In this document: positions 25,706-37,634 of the stretch, one piece after another
Position numbering within the stretch: the stretch's first letter is position 1
Layout of the letters: each line of letters opens with the position of its first letter
Position numbers and translations under genes: made by a program
Assembly: GCF_006345805.1 (NCBI RefSeq)
Contig: NC_043017.1
Coordinates: forward strand, 15,996,001-16,060,000
Direction of reading: 5' to 3'
Length of the DNA: 64,000 bases
Source of the DNA: Octopus sinensis
Lineage: Eukaryota
The notes under the pieces: model-generated
Databases searched by the model: none
What the model was told of the DNA's origin: nothing
What the model saw: only the letters and a program-made list of their open reading frames with translations

Positions 25706-26572
25706 GATCAAAAAATCATTGGCTCGCTAGTATACTGGACAACTGAAAAGAAAACCAGGACTGAAAGAAACTAGTAATGGTCAGTGTTGGTAGAGGTCAA
25801 TAAATAAAAGGTTTGTTTGGTTGTGTGGTTATGAAGGTCTCTTTGTGACTCTGGAGTTTGGGGTTCAAACCTCGGGTGTGGTAAGCCAAGTGTCTCTTTT
25901 ACTGTGGTCACAGGCTGATTAATATCTTATGAGTGGAAAATGGGAGATGGAAACTGTGGGAGGCGTGGGGAAGAAGGATTTGGAGAAATCCCTTTCATTT
26001 TGGGACCATAAAACTGAAAGAATACTGTCTCAAGTTTATTTCAAGGTTCAAAAGTAGTTGTACGAATGTGCGTGTGTGTGTGTGTGTGTGTGTGTGCGCA
26101 TGCATTTGTGTGCATACATATGCATACACACACACACACACACACACACATATTGGTTAATTGTCCATAAATCAGGAAGAAGCATAATCTAAAAGAAATT
26201 TTGAGCTGTTATACTTTTATGCGATCAACTAGTGTTTCTTTGGTCATGGCTGGTCAGAAAGTTATGAATGGTAACCTTTCTGACTGACCATAAAGTTTAT
26301 ATTGCACTTGGCAATGTAGAGGACTCATCAGACCTCCCGGTCAGCCGGTCTGGCGAGTTCCCTATGTTGCAAAGTGCAATAAGAGGTGTGAAACCAATGG
26401 TAGCTTTATAAATGGTCACAACTGAGAATATACTACTTGACAACACAGTATGTATGTGTGTTAGTGTGTATGGGAGAGTATGTGTGTATGGGAGAGTATG
26501 TGTGTATGTGAGTGTGTGAGAGAGAGGGGATGTTTACTAAAAGCGACAGAAGAGAAATATCACCCATCTTAC

Positions 26573-26650
26573 CACAAGTGCTTGTATCTCCTCCCTGTTC
26601 ATAATTATATTGTTCCACTTCACTGTACCACTGGGCAGTCACCTCTTCCC
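26573..26650 (-). CDS. CAP gene exon (domain 1): GEEVTAQWYSEVEQYNYEQGGDTSTC
   Basis: tttgttgtaaaccag acceptor and G|GTAAGA donor, 78 nt, phase 1 to 1; WYxE motif. Confidence 0.9.
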
Positions 26651-27024
26651 CTGGTTTACAACAAAAAACAAAAGTCAGGTCATATATTCTCACACTCTCT
26701 TCCTCTCTCCTCTCTCCCCTTCTCTCTCCTCCTTCCCCTCTTTCTGACGTTTACAATTAACCTTAATTAGAGTAATATTTTTCAGTTATTATCATAACAC
26801 ACACACACACACATAATTAGTTGTTCAGGCAACAAGTCAAAGTAGTTAAACACCCTCAAATTGCTGTTTGGAAACAGGAAGGTCATGTTGCGCAGTGAAG
26901 TCTTTGGCATGTCAAAAAGATGGGATGGTCACATTTGAAATAGCTTCGATCATAAATCTCTCAAATCAAGTTTGACCTTGGCTTCAACAACATGGAGGGA
27001 CACTAATAGAACAAAAGACTGCAA

Positions 27025-27078
27025 CCGGACCCTGTAACCGGACCCTGTAACCGGACCCTGTAACCGGACCCTGTAACC
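27025..27078. repeat. 13-bp tandem repeat (CCGGACCCTGTAA) x4
   Basis: Direct reading. Confidence 0.9.
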
Positions 27079-27220
27079 AAACTGACACAATACAACACTG
27101 GCAAGCATTTGCACTCACCCGACAACCATGAAAAACACACAATTCTGCACACACCTCAGCAACATGGAGGTGCAACAAGTGATGCAGTAGAAATCTGCCT
27201 GAAACTACCAAATGGTGAAT

Positions 27221-27254
<34 letters not shown>

Positions 27255-27578
27255 TGACAACAAGGTATGCGATAAGGAAGAAAAAAGTCGATAGATATGA
27301 CAGGTTTCGCTTGGGAGGTTAAGCAGTTGTGGTCGATGAAAAAGGTGGTAGTGGTACCAATAATTGTTGGAACCCTGGGAACAGTGAGTAAAAATCTTGA
27401 GAAGTACATGGAACAAATAGGGGCTGCAATAAGGGTGGAGCACTTGCAGAAAACAGCACTGCTTGGAATCGCTTGAATACTCCGGATGGTGCACGAAAAA
27501 TAAGGGCTGTTACTTTAGTTCATTGGTAGTGAATAGCTGGCACCATAGTACATCTCCAGCGTTAGAAGCTGTGCAAAG

Positions 27579-27590
<12 letters not shown>
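27255..27590 (+). mobile_element. R4/Dong-type non-LTR 3' end
   Basis: EVKQLWSMKKVVVVPIIVGTLGTVSKNLEKYMEQIG...LQKTALLG; embedded between two (TAA)n tracts. Confidence 0.85.
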
Positions 27591-27624
<34 letters not shown>

Positions 27625-27631
27625 TACTGAC

Positions 27632-27872
27632 CGCTGCAAATAACTGGTTTGTTACTGAGGATGACCGCTATATTTTCTCCAATTCTGATGCCTCTAATAT
27701 TCCTGGAACTATGGTGAATGTATTTCATTCTGGAGAGAATCTCAGCCCATTTCTTGGCACTGTCTGACAACATTTGGCTCAAAGTGAGCTCACTGGAACC
27801 ATGCCTGGCTCTGTAGAAATTGTGGGCTCTCAGAGACCCTTCTTCAAGTGGACTGGGACAGGAATAATTCTC
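27632..27872 (-). CDS. CAP gene exon (domain 1 N-half): ENYSCPSPLEEGSLRAHNFYRARHGSSELTLSQMLSDSAKKWAE...HHS...IGENIAVILSNKPVICS
   Basis: atttttgtttcag acceptor and G|GTCAGT donor, 241 nt, phase 0 to 1; HNxYRxxH and GENIA motifs. Confidence 0.92.
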
Positions 27873-28039
27873 CTGAAACAAAAATATCCTCAATTTTAAT
27901 CAAACAAAACCAAAAATTAACATAAATAATGCAACATGATGGCAGAATCCTCCTCCTCCTCCTTCTTCATCATCATCATCATCATCATCATCATTTTTTA
28001 TGTCGTATTTCTGGTGACTGGGAAGACCAAATTTTTCCT

Positions 28040-28700
28040 GAAATATTCATTCCACACACATTATAGTTGATAGACGGAGGTGGGCATGACTGGAATCAGC
28101 AAATTTTCTCTCTTTGTCGTCTGTGCTCATTCTTTTATACAGACAGTTCTGTGACAAAGGAGACAACGGTCTGCTCCCCCCCTTAGCAACCTGCTTCTTG
28201 TTGCCTGGTTGGTGTTTATCTCCTTCATCATAACACCATCCAGAGAGGGAGGACATTCTCAGAGTCCTTTCCTGGTGTTGAGCTCTTGCTAAAAGATCTT
28301 CCAGAGAAGTTTGACATCCCTCATATGCTGTATATATCATGTCCATCATGTGGAACTTAAAAAAGCTCAATGAGGGCCTGATCAAAGAGAGAAGTGCCAG
28401 TCTGCAATCCTTTCAGTGTTGTTCAGGAAACAATCAACCCCTTTTGCTATAACCACAAAGCAGAGGAGGCTGCTTGCCCTTCCCAACTAAATGAAGGTGA
28501 TGGGATGATCTTCATGATGAATGTATTTAATGACGATGCTTCTCTTTGATGTTGTTGACTTTGGACTTTTCAAAGACTATTATAATGATACCGTAGTCCT
28601 CTTGGCACCATTACATTTCAAAAACTGTTATAATGGACCAAAGCTTCTGTTGATGAAAAGATGCAAGGTTTTTGATGTTTTCACAGAACAAGGTCCCTGC
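28040..28700 (-). mobile_element. Degenerate RTE/RTEX-like LINE 3' fragment
   Basis: SLEDLLARAQH..., KERKFADSS resemble the RTEX C-terminus; broken frames upstream. Confidence 0.35.
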
Positions 28701-28743
28701 TTTACATGTACAGAGCCTGGATGAAACGATGACAGCTTCATAC

Positions 28744-28786
28744 CTCATGGTTTGCAATGGGTACCTCTAGGATTACATCAATGTAC
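28744..28786 (-). CDS. Candidate upstream CAP-gene micro-exon (W)YIDVILEVPIANHE
   Basis: AG|...GAG|GTATGA, 43 nt, phase 2 to 0 fits the next exon; weak polypyrimidine tract, no homology support. Confidence 0.25.
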
Positions 28787-29125
28787 CTGCTAATTGTTGA
28801 GCTAATAACCTTGCTTTGATGGTAAATAAGCCTAAATACGTTTTTCCTTAATTTCGAAAATCAACCCCCAGGATTTGTTTTTTGTACACCTATTACTTAT
28901 TCTATCGATGATGTCTTTTGCCAAACCGCTAAGTTACAGGGTTACAAACACACCAACATCTGTCGTCAAGCGATGGTGAGTGTGGGGGACAAAAACAGAC
29001 ACACAAATACATACATACACACATACATACATATACGACGTAATAATTACTTATTACTTATTCTATCGATGTCTTTTGAAGGAGATTTCGCTGTTACATC
29101 TAGCAGGTCAAACAACCCTATAGAT

Positions 29126-29322
29126 CAGGGGCTCTCAACCTCTTTAATATCCAGGCCAAATCGAAAACCTGGATTTTGGCTTGAAGCACACCAATAAAAG
29201 TAAAACACAAGTCAATTAGAGAAAGATTTGTTGTGTCTTTAGAGGGTTAGGGTTGTTGAGGGCTGCCAGAAGGAGGCTCGAGGGCCAAATGCGGCCCTGG
29301 GGGCTGTGGTTGAGAACTTCTC
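29126..29322. mobile_element. hAT-like MITE
   Basis: CAGGGGCTCTCAACC ... GGTTGAGAACTTCTC imperfect TIRs. Confidence 0.45.
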
Positions 29323-29478
29323 ACGTAGAAGCTGTGCAAAACTGATGAATGATTTTCTTTTTCAGTTTACGGTGAATGTTTACATAAGTGTATATTGGTG
29401 TATACATATATTACATGTAAGTTTGTGTGTGTAAGTGTGTATTTATATAAATTCATATACATATACATATATATTATA

Positions 29479-29528
<50 letters not shown>

Positions 29529-30129
29529 TTGTATGTATATATGTATGTGTATTTGTGTGTATATGTGCATAGATGTATGTATATAGGTTTGTGTGTATAG
29601 ATACATGTAGGTATGTATGTGTGTATGTAAGTATATTTGCGTGTGTGTGTGTGTGTCTATACCAACTGTTGTTGTTTTCCTCATCCAGCCTCATTAGATG
29701 CTGAGGGAGGCTGCATTGGTTGCGACCGGATGGTTTGACAGATGGGTGGGTGGGGTGTCATTGGATGACGGTGAGCATGTTGGATAATTGGGGGAGGTAA
29801 CAGGGGGGTGAGGCGGAGGTGAGTGGGTGTATATGGGGGTAATAGACACACTCACTGACAAAAAAGAATTTCTCACATAAATTAGCTGCGCAAATAGAAT
29901 TTTTGACAAAATAGACTCTAGGACACACAGACAGACAGATAGGCAAACACACACAGACATCCATACGTGTGTCTACATATATTTATATATATATATGTGT
30001 GTGTGTGTGTGTATACACATACATGTATATGCATATATATATATATATATATGCATGTATGTGCATATACACACACAGACCTTATATATATATGTATATA
30101 TGCATACGTGTACATGCGTATACACACAC

Positions 30130-30183
<54 letters not shown>

Positions 30184-30226
30184 AGTAAAGACAGAGACAC
30201 ACTAACATACGCATACATGTACACAC

Positions 30227-30260
<34 letters not shown>

Positions 30261-31569
30261 ATTTACAAAGGCACCCTGGTGAACAAAGGAATTTGGAGGA
30301 GTGAAGAGGGAGTTGGGAGTGGGGGTGGGTGGAGGAGAATTCTCATTTTAACAAAAAATATATAAAAACAAACATAAACTGTGAAAGCCCCTTCCTCCCC
30401 CCTCACACCCCTAGTTATAAGTAATGGGATCTTGGCAAGGAGCTGTATATGGTCTTTTGATTTGCTAGAGATAACAGCCAAAAGTGAACTTAAATCACAG
30501 CCAATGGTCTGACATAAGAACAGGCATGTATTTAGATTGGGTGGTTGTAAGGAGAAATGGTCATGGATGGAGAGTCTTTGATGATGGGTACAGGGGGAAT
30601 GGGAGGAGGAGAGTGTGGAGAAAGAAAGAGAGAAGGGGAGAGGCGGAGGGAGAAAGAGAGAGAGGGGAAATATCACAACTACAACTCCCTCCTTCCCCAT
30701 CACTCACCAAAGACATTTTGGTGAGCTGGAAAAGGATGGGGGGGGAGCCATGTGTACCGGGGAAGAGGGGTGGGGTACGATCAGAACTCCATCTCGCCCC
30801 CACCCACCTCTTCCTCTCTCTCTCTTCTTAAACACTTGTTTCCTTTTGTTTTTTCCTCTTTCTCTTCCTCTCTCTCTCCTTACTGTCCCTCTTACTCCTT
30901 ACAAACACCCCTCCTCCTCTCTATCTCTCTAACCTCCTTGTTTTTCTCACCACCCCTCCCCCCTCATTAAACCAGTCCTGGTTTTTCTGGTTCATCCCCT
31001 CCTGTCTGTTGACACCCTTTGACATGCAATATCTAAGTAGAATGTATATTACAGTATCCATGACTTCAAAGAGATTTGGCTGCTATTTTTGGCAGGCTAA
31101 GCTGCTGCATAGAGGCTTCTAATAATAATGATGATAATAATAATAATAATAATGACAATAATAATGATAATAATAATAAAAATGATGATGATAATAACAC
31201 TGATAATAATAATAATGATCCTTTCTATTATAGGCACAAGGCCTGTAATTTTGGAGGGGTAGGATAAGTCGACCAAACTGACCCCAGTATTTAACTGGTA
31301 CTTATTTCAGTGACCCAAAAGGAGGGAAAGCAAAGTCGACCTTGCTGGAATTTGAACTCAGAATATAAACAATCAAAATGAAATACAACAAATCTCTAAC
31401 AATTCTGTCAGCTGCTTTTAATTAAGGGCAGTAGCTATTAGGGGTTTGGGGCTTAATCAACTATATTGACCCTAAATATATGCAGACTTCATACTTTAAG
31501 ATAAAAGCATGTATTTTGACTGCTATTTTTAGTGGGAGTTGCTTCTTAGTTTGTTGTTTGTTGTTGTTG

Positions 31570-33790
31570 TTGATGATGGTTCTGGTGGTGATGGTAGTGG
31601 TAGTGGTGGTGGTGGTGGTGGTGGTGGTGATGGTGGTGGTAGTGGTGGTGGTAGTGGTGATAGTGGTGATGGTGGTGGTTGTGGTGGTAGTGGTGATGGT
31701 GGTGGTGGTGGTGATGGTGGTGGTAGTGGTGGTGATGGTGGTGGTGGTGGTGGTGGTGGTGGTGGTAGTGGTGGTGGTGGTGGTGGTGGTAGTGGGTGGT
31801 GGTGGTGTGGTGGTGGTGGTGGTGGTGGTGGTGGTTGGTGGTGGTGGTAGGGGTGGTGGTGGTGGTGGTTAGTGGTGGTGATGGTGATGGTGGTGGTGGT
31901 GGTAGTGGTGGTGATGGTGGTGGTGGTGGTGGTGATGGTGGTGGTGGTGTGGTGGTGGTGGTGGTGGAGGTGGTGGTGGTGGTGGTGGTGGTGGTGGCGG
32001 TGGTAGTGGTGGTGGTGGTGGGGTGGTGGGGGTGGTGATGGTGGTGATGGTGGTGGTGGTGGTTAGTGGTGGTGATGGTGTGTGGTGGTGGTAGTGGGGT
32101 GGTGTGGTGGTGGGGTGTGGTGGTGGGTGGTGGTGTTGGTGGTGGTAGTGGTGATGGTGATGGTGGTAGTGGTGGTGGTGGTGGTGGTGGTGGTGATGGT
32201 GGTGGTGGTAGTGGTGGTGGTGGGTGGTGGTAGTGGTGGTGGTGGTGGTGGTGGTGGTAGTGGTGGTGGTGGTGGTGGTAGTGGTGGTGATGGTGGTGGT
32301 AGTGGTTGGTGGTGGTGTGGTGGTGGTGGTGGTAAGTGGTGGTGATGGTGGTGGTAGTGGTGTGGTGGTGGTGGTGGTTGTTGGTGGTGGTGGTGGTGGT
32401 GGTAGTGGTGATGGTGGTGATGGTGGTGATGGTGGTGGTGGTGGTGGTAGTGGTGGTGGTGGTGGTGGTGGTGGTGGTGGTGGTGGTGGTGGTGGTGGTA
32501 GTGGTGGTGGTGGTGGTGGTGGTGGTGATGGTGGTGGTGGTGGTGGTGGTGGTGGTGGTGGTGGTGGTGATGGTGGTGATGGTGGTGATGGTGGTGGTGG
32601 TGGTGGTGGTGATGGGTGGTGGTGGTGGTAGTGGTGGTAGTGGTGGTGGTGGGTGGTAGTGGTGTTGGTGGTGGTGGTGGTGGTGGTGGTGGTGGTGGTG
32701 GTGGTGGTGGTGGTGGTGTGGTGGTGGTGGTGGGTGGTGGTGATGGTGGTGGTGGTGGTGGTAGTGGTGGTGGTGGTGGTGGTAGTGGTGGTGGTGGTGG
32801 TGGTGGTGGTGATGTTGGTGGTAGTGGTGGTGGTGGTGGTTGGTGATGGTGGTGATGGTGGTGGTGGTGGTGGTGGTGATGGTGGTTGGTGGTGTGGTGG
32901 TGGTGGTTAGTGGTGGTGGTGGTGGTGGTAGTGGTGGTGGTGGTGGTGGTGGTGTAGTGGTGGTGGTGGGTAGTGGTGGTGTGGTGTGGTAGTGTGATGG
33001 TGGTGATGTGGTGATGGTGGTGTGGTGTGGTGGTGGTGGTGGTGGTGGTGTGGTGTGGTGGTGGTTGGTGGTGTGGTGGTGGTGGTGTGTGGTGGTGGTG
33101 GTGGTGGTGGTTAGTGGTGGTGATGGTGGTGGTGTGGTGGTAGTGGTGTTGGTGGTGGTGGTGGTGATGGTGGTGGTGGTGGTGGTGGTGATGGGGTGGT
33201 GATGGTGGTTGTGGTGGTGATGGTGGTGATGGTAGTGGTGGTGGGTGGTGGTTGTGGTGGTGGTGATGGTGGTGATGGTGATGGTGGTGGTAGTGGTGGT
33301 GGTGGTGATGGTGGGATGGTGGTGGTGGTTGTGGTGGTGGTAGTGTGGTGGTGGTGGTTGTGGTGGTGGTGGTGGTGGTAGTGGTGGTGGTGGTGGTGGT
33401 GGTGATGGTGGTGTTGGTGTGGTGGTGGTAGTTGGTGGTGGTGGTGGTGGGTGGTGTTGTGGTGGTGGTGGTGGTAGTGGTGGTAGTGGTGATGGTGGTG
33501 ATGTTGGTGGTGGTGGTGTTGGTGGTGGTGGTGTGGTGGTGTGGTAGTGGTGGTGGTGGTAGTGGTGTGATGGTGGTGGTTGGTAGTGTGGTGGTGGTGG
33601 TGGTGGTGGTTGGTGGTGGTGATGTGGTGGTGGTAGTGGTGATGGTGTGTGATGGTGGTGGTGGTGGTGGTGGATGGTGGTGGTGGTGGTGGTGGTGGTG
33701 ATGTGGTGATGGTGGTGTGTGTGGTGGTGATGGTGGTGGTGGTGGTGGTAGTGGTGATGGTGGTGATGGTGGTGATGGTGGTGGTGGTTT
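31570..33790. repeat. About 2.2-kb imperfect (GGT)n/(ACC)n microsatellite
   Basis: Continuous GGT with AGT/GAT/TGT variants and 1-nt indels. Confidence 0.97.
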
Positions 33791-33811
33791 CTATAAGACA
33801 GCAAGACCAAC

Positions 33812-33916
33812 CAATTCCACTGAAGAAACTTTGAAATCGAAGAAGAGGAAGAAAGTTTGGAACGTTTCAGTGTTTTGGGGGAGAAGCACTGAGGAAGGAA
33901 ACTGGTGGACGTGGCC
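33812..33916 (-). CDS. Candidate upstream CAP-gene exon (K)ATSTSFLPQCFSPKTLKRSKLSSSSSISKFLQWN
   Basis: ttgtactttag acceptor and GTTGGT donor, 105 nt; unique sequence between repeats; no homology support. Confidence 0.3.
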
Positions 33917-35505
33917 CTAAAGTACAACAATTATAAGATGGTAGGAGAACTGATGAGAGGAGGTGGTTGGAGAGAGGGTGGGTATGTAGGGTGGCAGGGA
34001 GAGAGAAGATGAAACTGACTGAAAAGTGATGGAATCGGGGGGTTAAATGGTGAAGTCTATGGGGAGAAGGGGAAGGACAATTGGGTGAGGTAATAGGAAA
34101 ACAAGAGAGGGGAACCAAAGAGGGGGGGGGGGACAGAGAGAGGCAGGGAGAAATTAGATAACGTGCCTATCACCATCATTGCAATCCTTGTAACATCCAC
34201 TTTTCCATGTTTACAAGGGTCAGATGGAATTAACTGAGGCAAATGTTCAACAGCCGGATGCTCCCCCTGTCTTCAACCCTCACCTGTTTACGAGCAATGG
34301 AATATTTCCCCCATCACCAGACAAGTGTTTCAAAGAAGATTGGAAACGAAGGACATTGCTTGTAGGTTGGTGACACTCATTTACAGCTATCATCCAATAT
34401 CAAAACAAGGAGATAACACTTACACACACACACACACACGCACACACACACACACACACACAGATATGTCTTTGAGATTAGAGTTTGCATCACCAGCCTG
34501 GAACCCTTATCTTGCTCAGCATATCAATCTCCTGGAAACTGTTCAGAAACGTGCAACAAAACGAACACCTGCCGTCAGGCATCTCCCATCCTCTGAACGT
34601 CTTGCAACTCTGGGCATGGGCACACATGCATGTCTAGTTTGACATATACATATTATATACACCCATCAACAAACATAAATACATATACACACGTACACTC
34701 ACAAACACACATATACACTCCCACAGACATATACATACCCATATGCACACACAAATATACACACACATTCTGGGAGATAAACAGACAGATACAATGAAGA
34801 ATTTCAATGAAAACTTGTTGAAAACTGACCTTAAGTTGAGATGGTCCCAGTTGTGTACCCCAGGGATCAGAGGTCACAGGTAATCCTTGAAGTTTCAGGG
34901 GTAGCATAATTCAGAACAGGCTGCAGGTAGATCCTGGGTATGTATGGCGGTACGTGGGTAGAAAATGAGAGTTAGAGGGTGAAATATAAGGGTGTGTTTA
35001 GGTGAAAGAGGTGGACAACCATGAGGGTGGTTGTGTATTAAGGGTAGATAAATATTTAGGACAGACAGACAGGTAGATGTGATGAATGTGTTAGTGTTCG
35101 TTAGCCCTGGGTCAGCCCTGATCCTGCAGCACTGTCGTCGAAGGATCTCCAACCGCGACCATCCTGTCTTAATCCAATCAGGTGCTGTCTTTAGAACTGT
35201 TTTGTTGCTCAATTTTGCTGTTTCTGTCTTGCCAAGACAGCAAGATGTGAGTGGTGTAAGGGAGATTCGGCTGTTATTTCTAGTATGGAGGGTGACCACG
35301 TAGAGGGCTTCCAACTGGTGACCACCACTACACAAATATTTGTATACGAAGAAAGAGAAGATGAGAGGCAGAGAGAGAGAGAGAAAACAACAAAACACGA
35401 AGAGGAGATAACTCTGAGTCAGTGGTTGGGGAGGGGGAGTAGAGGTGAGAGAGAGAGAGAGAGAGAGGGAGTAGTGAGAGAGATAGCTAATGAGTGAATG
35501 GGAGT

Positions 35506-35536
<31 letters not shown>

Positions 35537-35622
35537 AGGGTGGTGGAAACAGCTGTGTGCCCCTAATCCACCCATTCACACTATATTTCCTCAACAAATT
35601 GTATACACACACACACACACAC

Positions 35623-36135
35623 ACTAACATATCCATATGCCTTCCTATCTCTCTCTCTCTCTCTCTTCACACACACACACACACGTATGTATGAATTTAT
35701 ATATGTGTCTATGAATATGTATGTATGTATATATATGTTCATATGTGTGTGTGTATATATATATATGATATGATATATGAGAGATAAATTGATGAGATGG
35801 TAAATGTTTGAATATAATTTGCATATTTACACTACTCACACACGCACATACACACACACATACACACCACACACACACACACTAACATATCCATATGCCT
35901 TCCTATCTCTCTCTCTCTCTCTCTTCACACACACACACACACGTATGTATGAATTTATATATGTGTCTATGAATATGTATGTATGTATATATATGTTCAT
36001 ATGTGTGTGTGTATATATATATATGATATGATATATGAGAGATAAATTGATGAGATGGTAAATGTTTGAATATAATTTGCATATTTACACTACTCACACA
36101 CGCACATACACACACACATACACACACACACACAC
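35623..36135. repeat. Near-perfect direct tandem duplication, period 258 bp
   Basis: ACTAACATATCCATATGCC at 35623 and 35881 with identical following sequence. Confidence 0.9.
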
Positions 36136-36317
36136 ACATACACCCACCCACACATATCCTCACACTTAAAAGTTCATGCTAATAAATGTATGTCATTAAC
36201 ATAAACTGTTGCATTTGTCATTGTTGTGTGTGGGAGTCTGTACACGAGCACACACACACACACACATACATCTATATATATAGATATACACATACACACT
36301 TATACACACACACGTAC

Positions 36318-36430
36318 TTTATAATCCAGTGGTGGTGAGTTGCTCTCCTTTGTTCGAGAAGTGTCTCACTGACATTTAAAGTGAAAAGACTGAAGCTAAC
36401 AACAAACAATAGGACATCCTGTACAGAGAA
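36318..36430 (-). CDS. Candidate upstream CAP-gene exon FSVQDVLLFVVSFSLFTLNVSETLLEQRRATHHHWII
   Basis: cccccctctgcag acceptor and AAA|GTACGT donor, 113 nt, phase 0 to 2; no ATG and no homology support. Confidence 0.3.
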
Positions 36431-36792
36431 CTGCAGAGGGGGGGACGTGTGTGTGTGTGTATATATATAAACATATACATAATACATATATATATATACA
36501 TATGCATATATATATATATGTATAGAAGAAATAGCTATGGTAGAAGAAATAGCTATAACTCTTTGACTGCTATTTCTAAATTCGGTATGTGGTAAGGCAA
36601 TTCGTTGCTAAACCCTTTATTGCTTAGTATATATATATATATATATAAATATATATACGTATGTATATGTATATATACATATATATATATGTATGTATGT
36701 ATGTATGTGTATGAATATATATATATGTATATATATATATATGTATGTATATATATATATATAAGTGTATATATATATATATACACACTTAT

Positions 36793-36825
<33 letters not shown>

Positions 36826-36952
36826 CACTATACAAATGTATTTTCAAAAAAACTTTCCTTTTAATTTTCCAAAATTTAATTGTTTTCTATACTTACCTCA
36901 ATGACTGAAACTGGTGCTGAAATGTTTTTTTATAAAATTATTTTACCATTTT

Positions 36953-37040
<88 letters not shown>

Positions 37041-37245
37041 TATATGTATATGTATATGTTTATATGGCTGTTGCGGTCCAGGCTCTGGTTGTTTGTCTGT
37101 CTGCATGTTTGTGTATGCCTATGTATAAATACATATATATGAGTATACATACGTGCACACACACATAAACACTCTGTCCAACCCATAGCAGTACAGATCA
37201 TGGATCTTAAATGATGATTATATATATAAGTATATATAAATATAC

Positions 37246-37276
<31 letters not shown>

Positions 37277-37339
37277 ATGTATTTATATATATATATATAC
37301 ATACATACATATATATATAATTATATATATATATATATG

Positions 37340-37540
37340 TATCATCATCATCATCATATAGCGTCCGCTTTCCATGCTAGCATGGGTTGGACGGTTCAAC
37401 TGGGGTCTGTGAAGCTGGAAGGCTTCGTCAGGCCCAGTCAGATCTGGCAGTGTTTCTACGGCTGGATGCCCTTCCTAACGCCAACCACTCCGTGAGTGTA
37501 GTGGGTGCTTTTTACATGCCACCTGCACAGGTGCCAGACA
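37340..37540 (-). mobile_element. Family C short repeat (RTE-tail / Meta-like core GGCGTTAGGAAGGGCATCCAG)
   Basis: Matches copies at 40975-41262, 38935-39030 and the 3' UTR of the RTE at 3085. Confidence 0.8.
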
Positions 37541-37634
37541 TATATGTATATATTTATACATATATTTATGTATATATAATTATATATATATGTATGTATG
37601 TATGTATGTATATATATATATATATATATATATA

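Noticed and set aside
22270-27590. Two R4/Dong fragments that are nearly contiguous in the consensus, suggesting one split element
   Set aside because: Separated by three host exons and very different in decay; better explained as independent insertions
28047-28385. 112-aa ORF just upstream of the first CAP exon
   Set aside because: No usable splice signals in phase; looks like a decayed RTE-type LINE end
31546-33930. 794-aa His/Pro/Thr-rich ORF and overlapping Gly/Val ORFs
   Set aside because: Artefact of (ACC)n/(GGT)n, which lacks stop codons; amino-acid content changes at 1-nt slips
34895-35575. 226-aa minus ORF and an apparent plus-strand exon ending GAT|GTGAGT
   Set aside because: 35090-35320 matches the family E repeat (TTAGCCC..GGTCAGCCCTGATC..GACCATCCTGTCTT, GAGATTCGGCTGTTATTTCTAG); the rest is (CT)n
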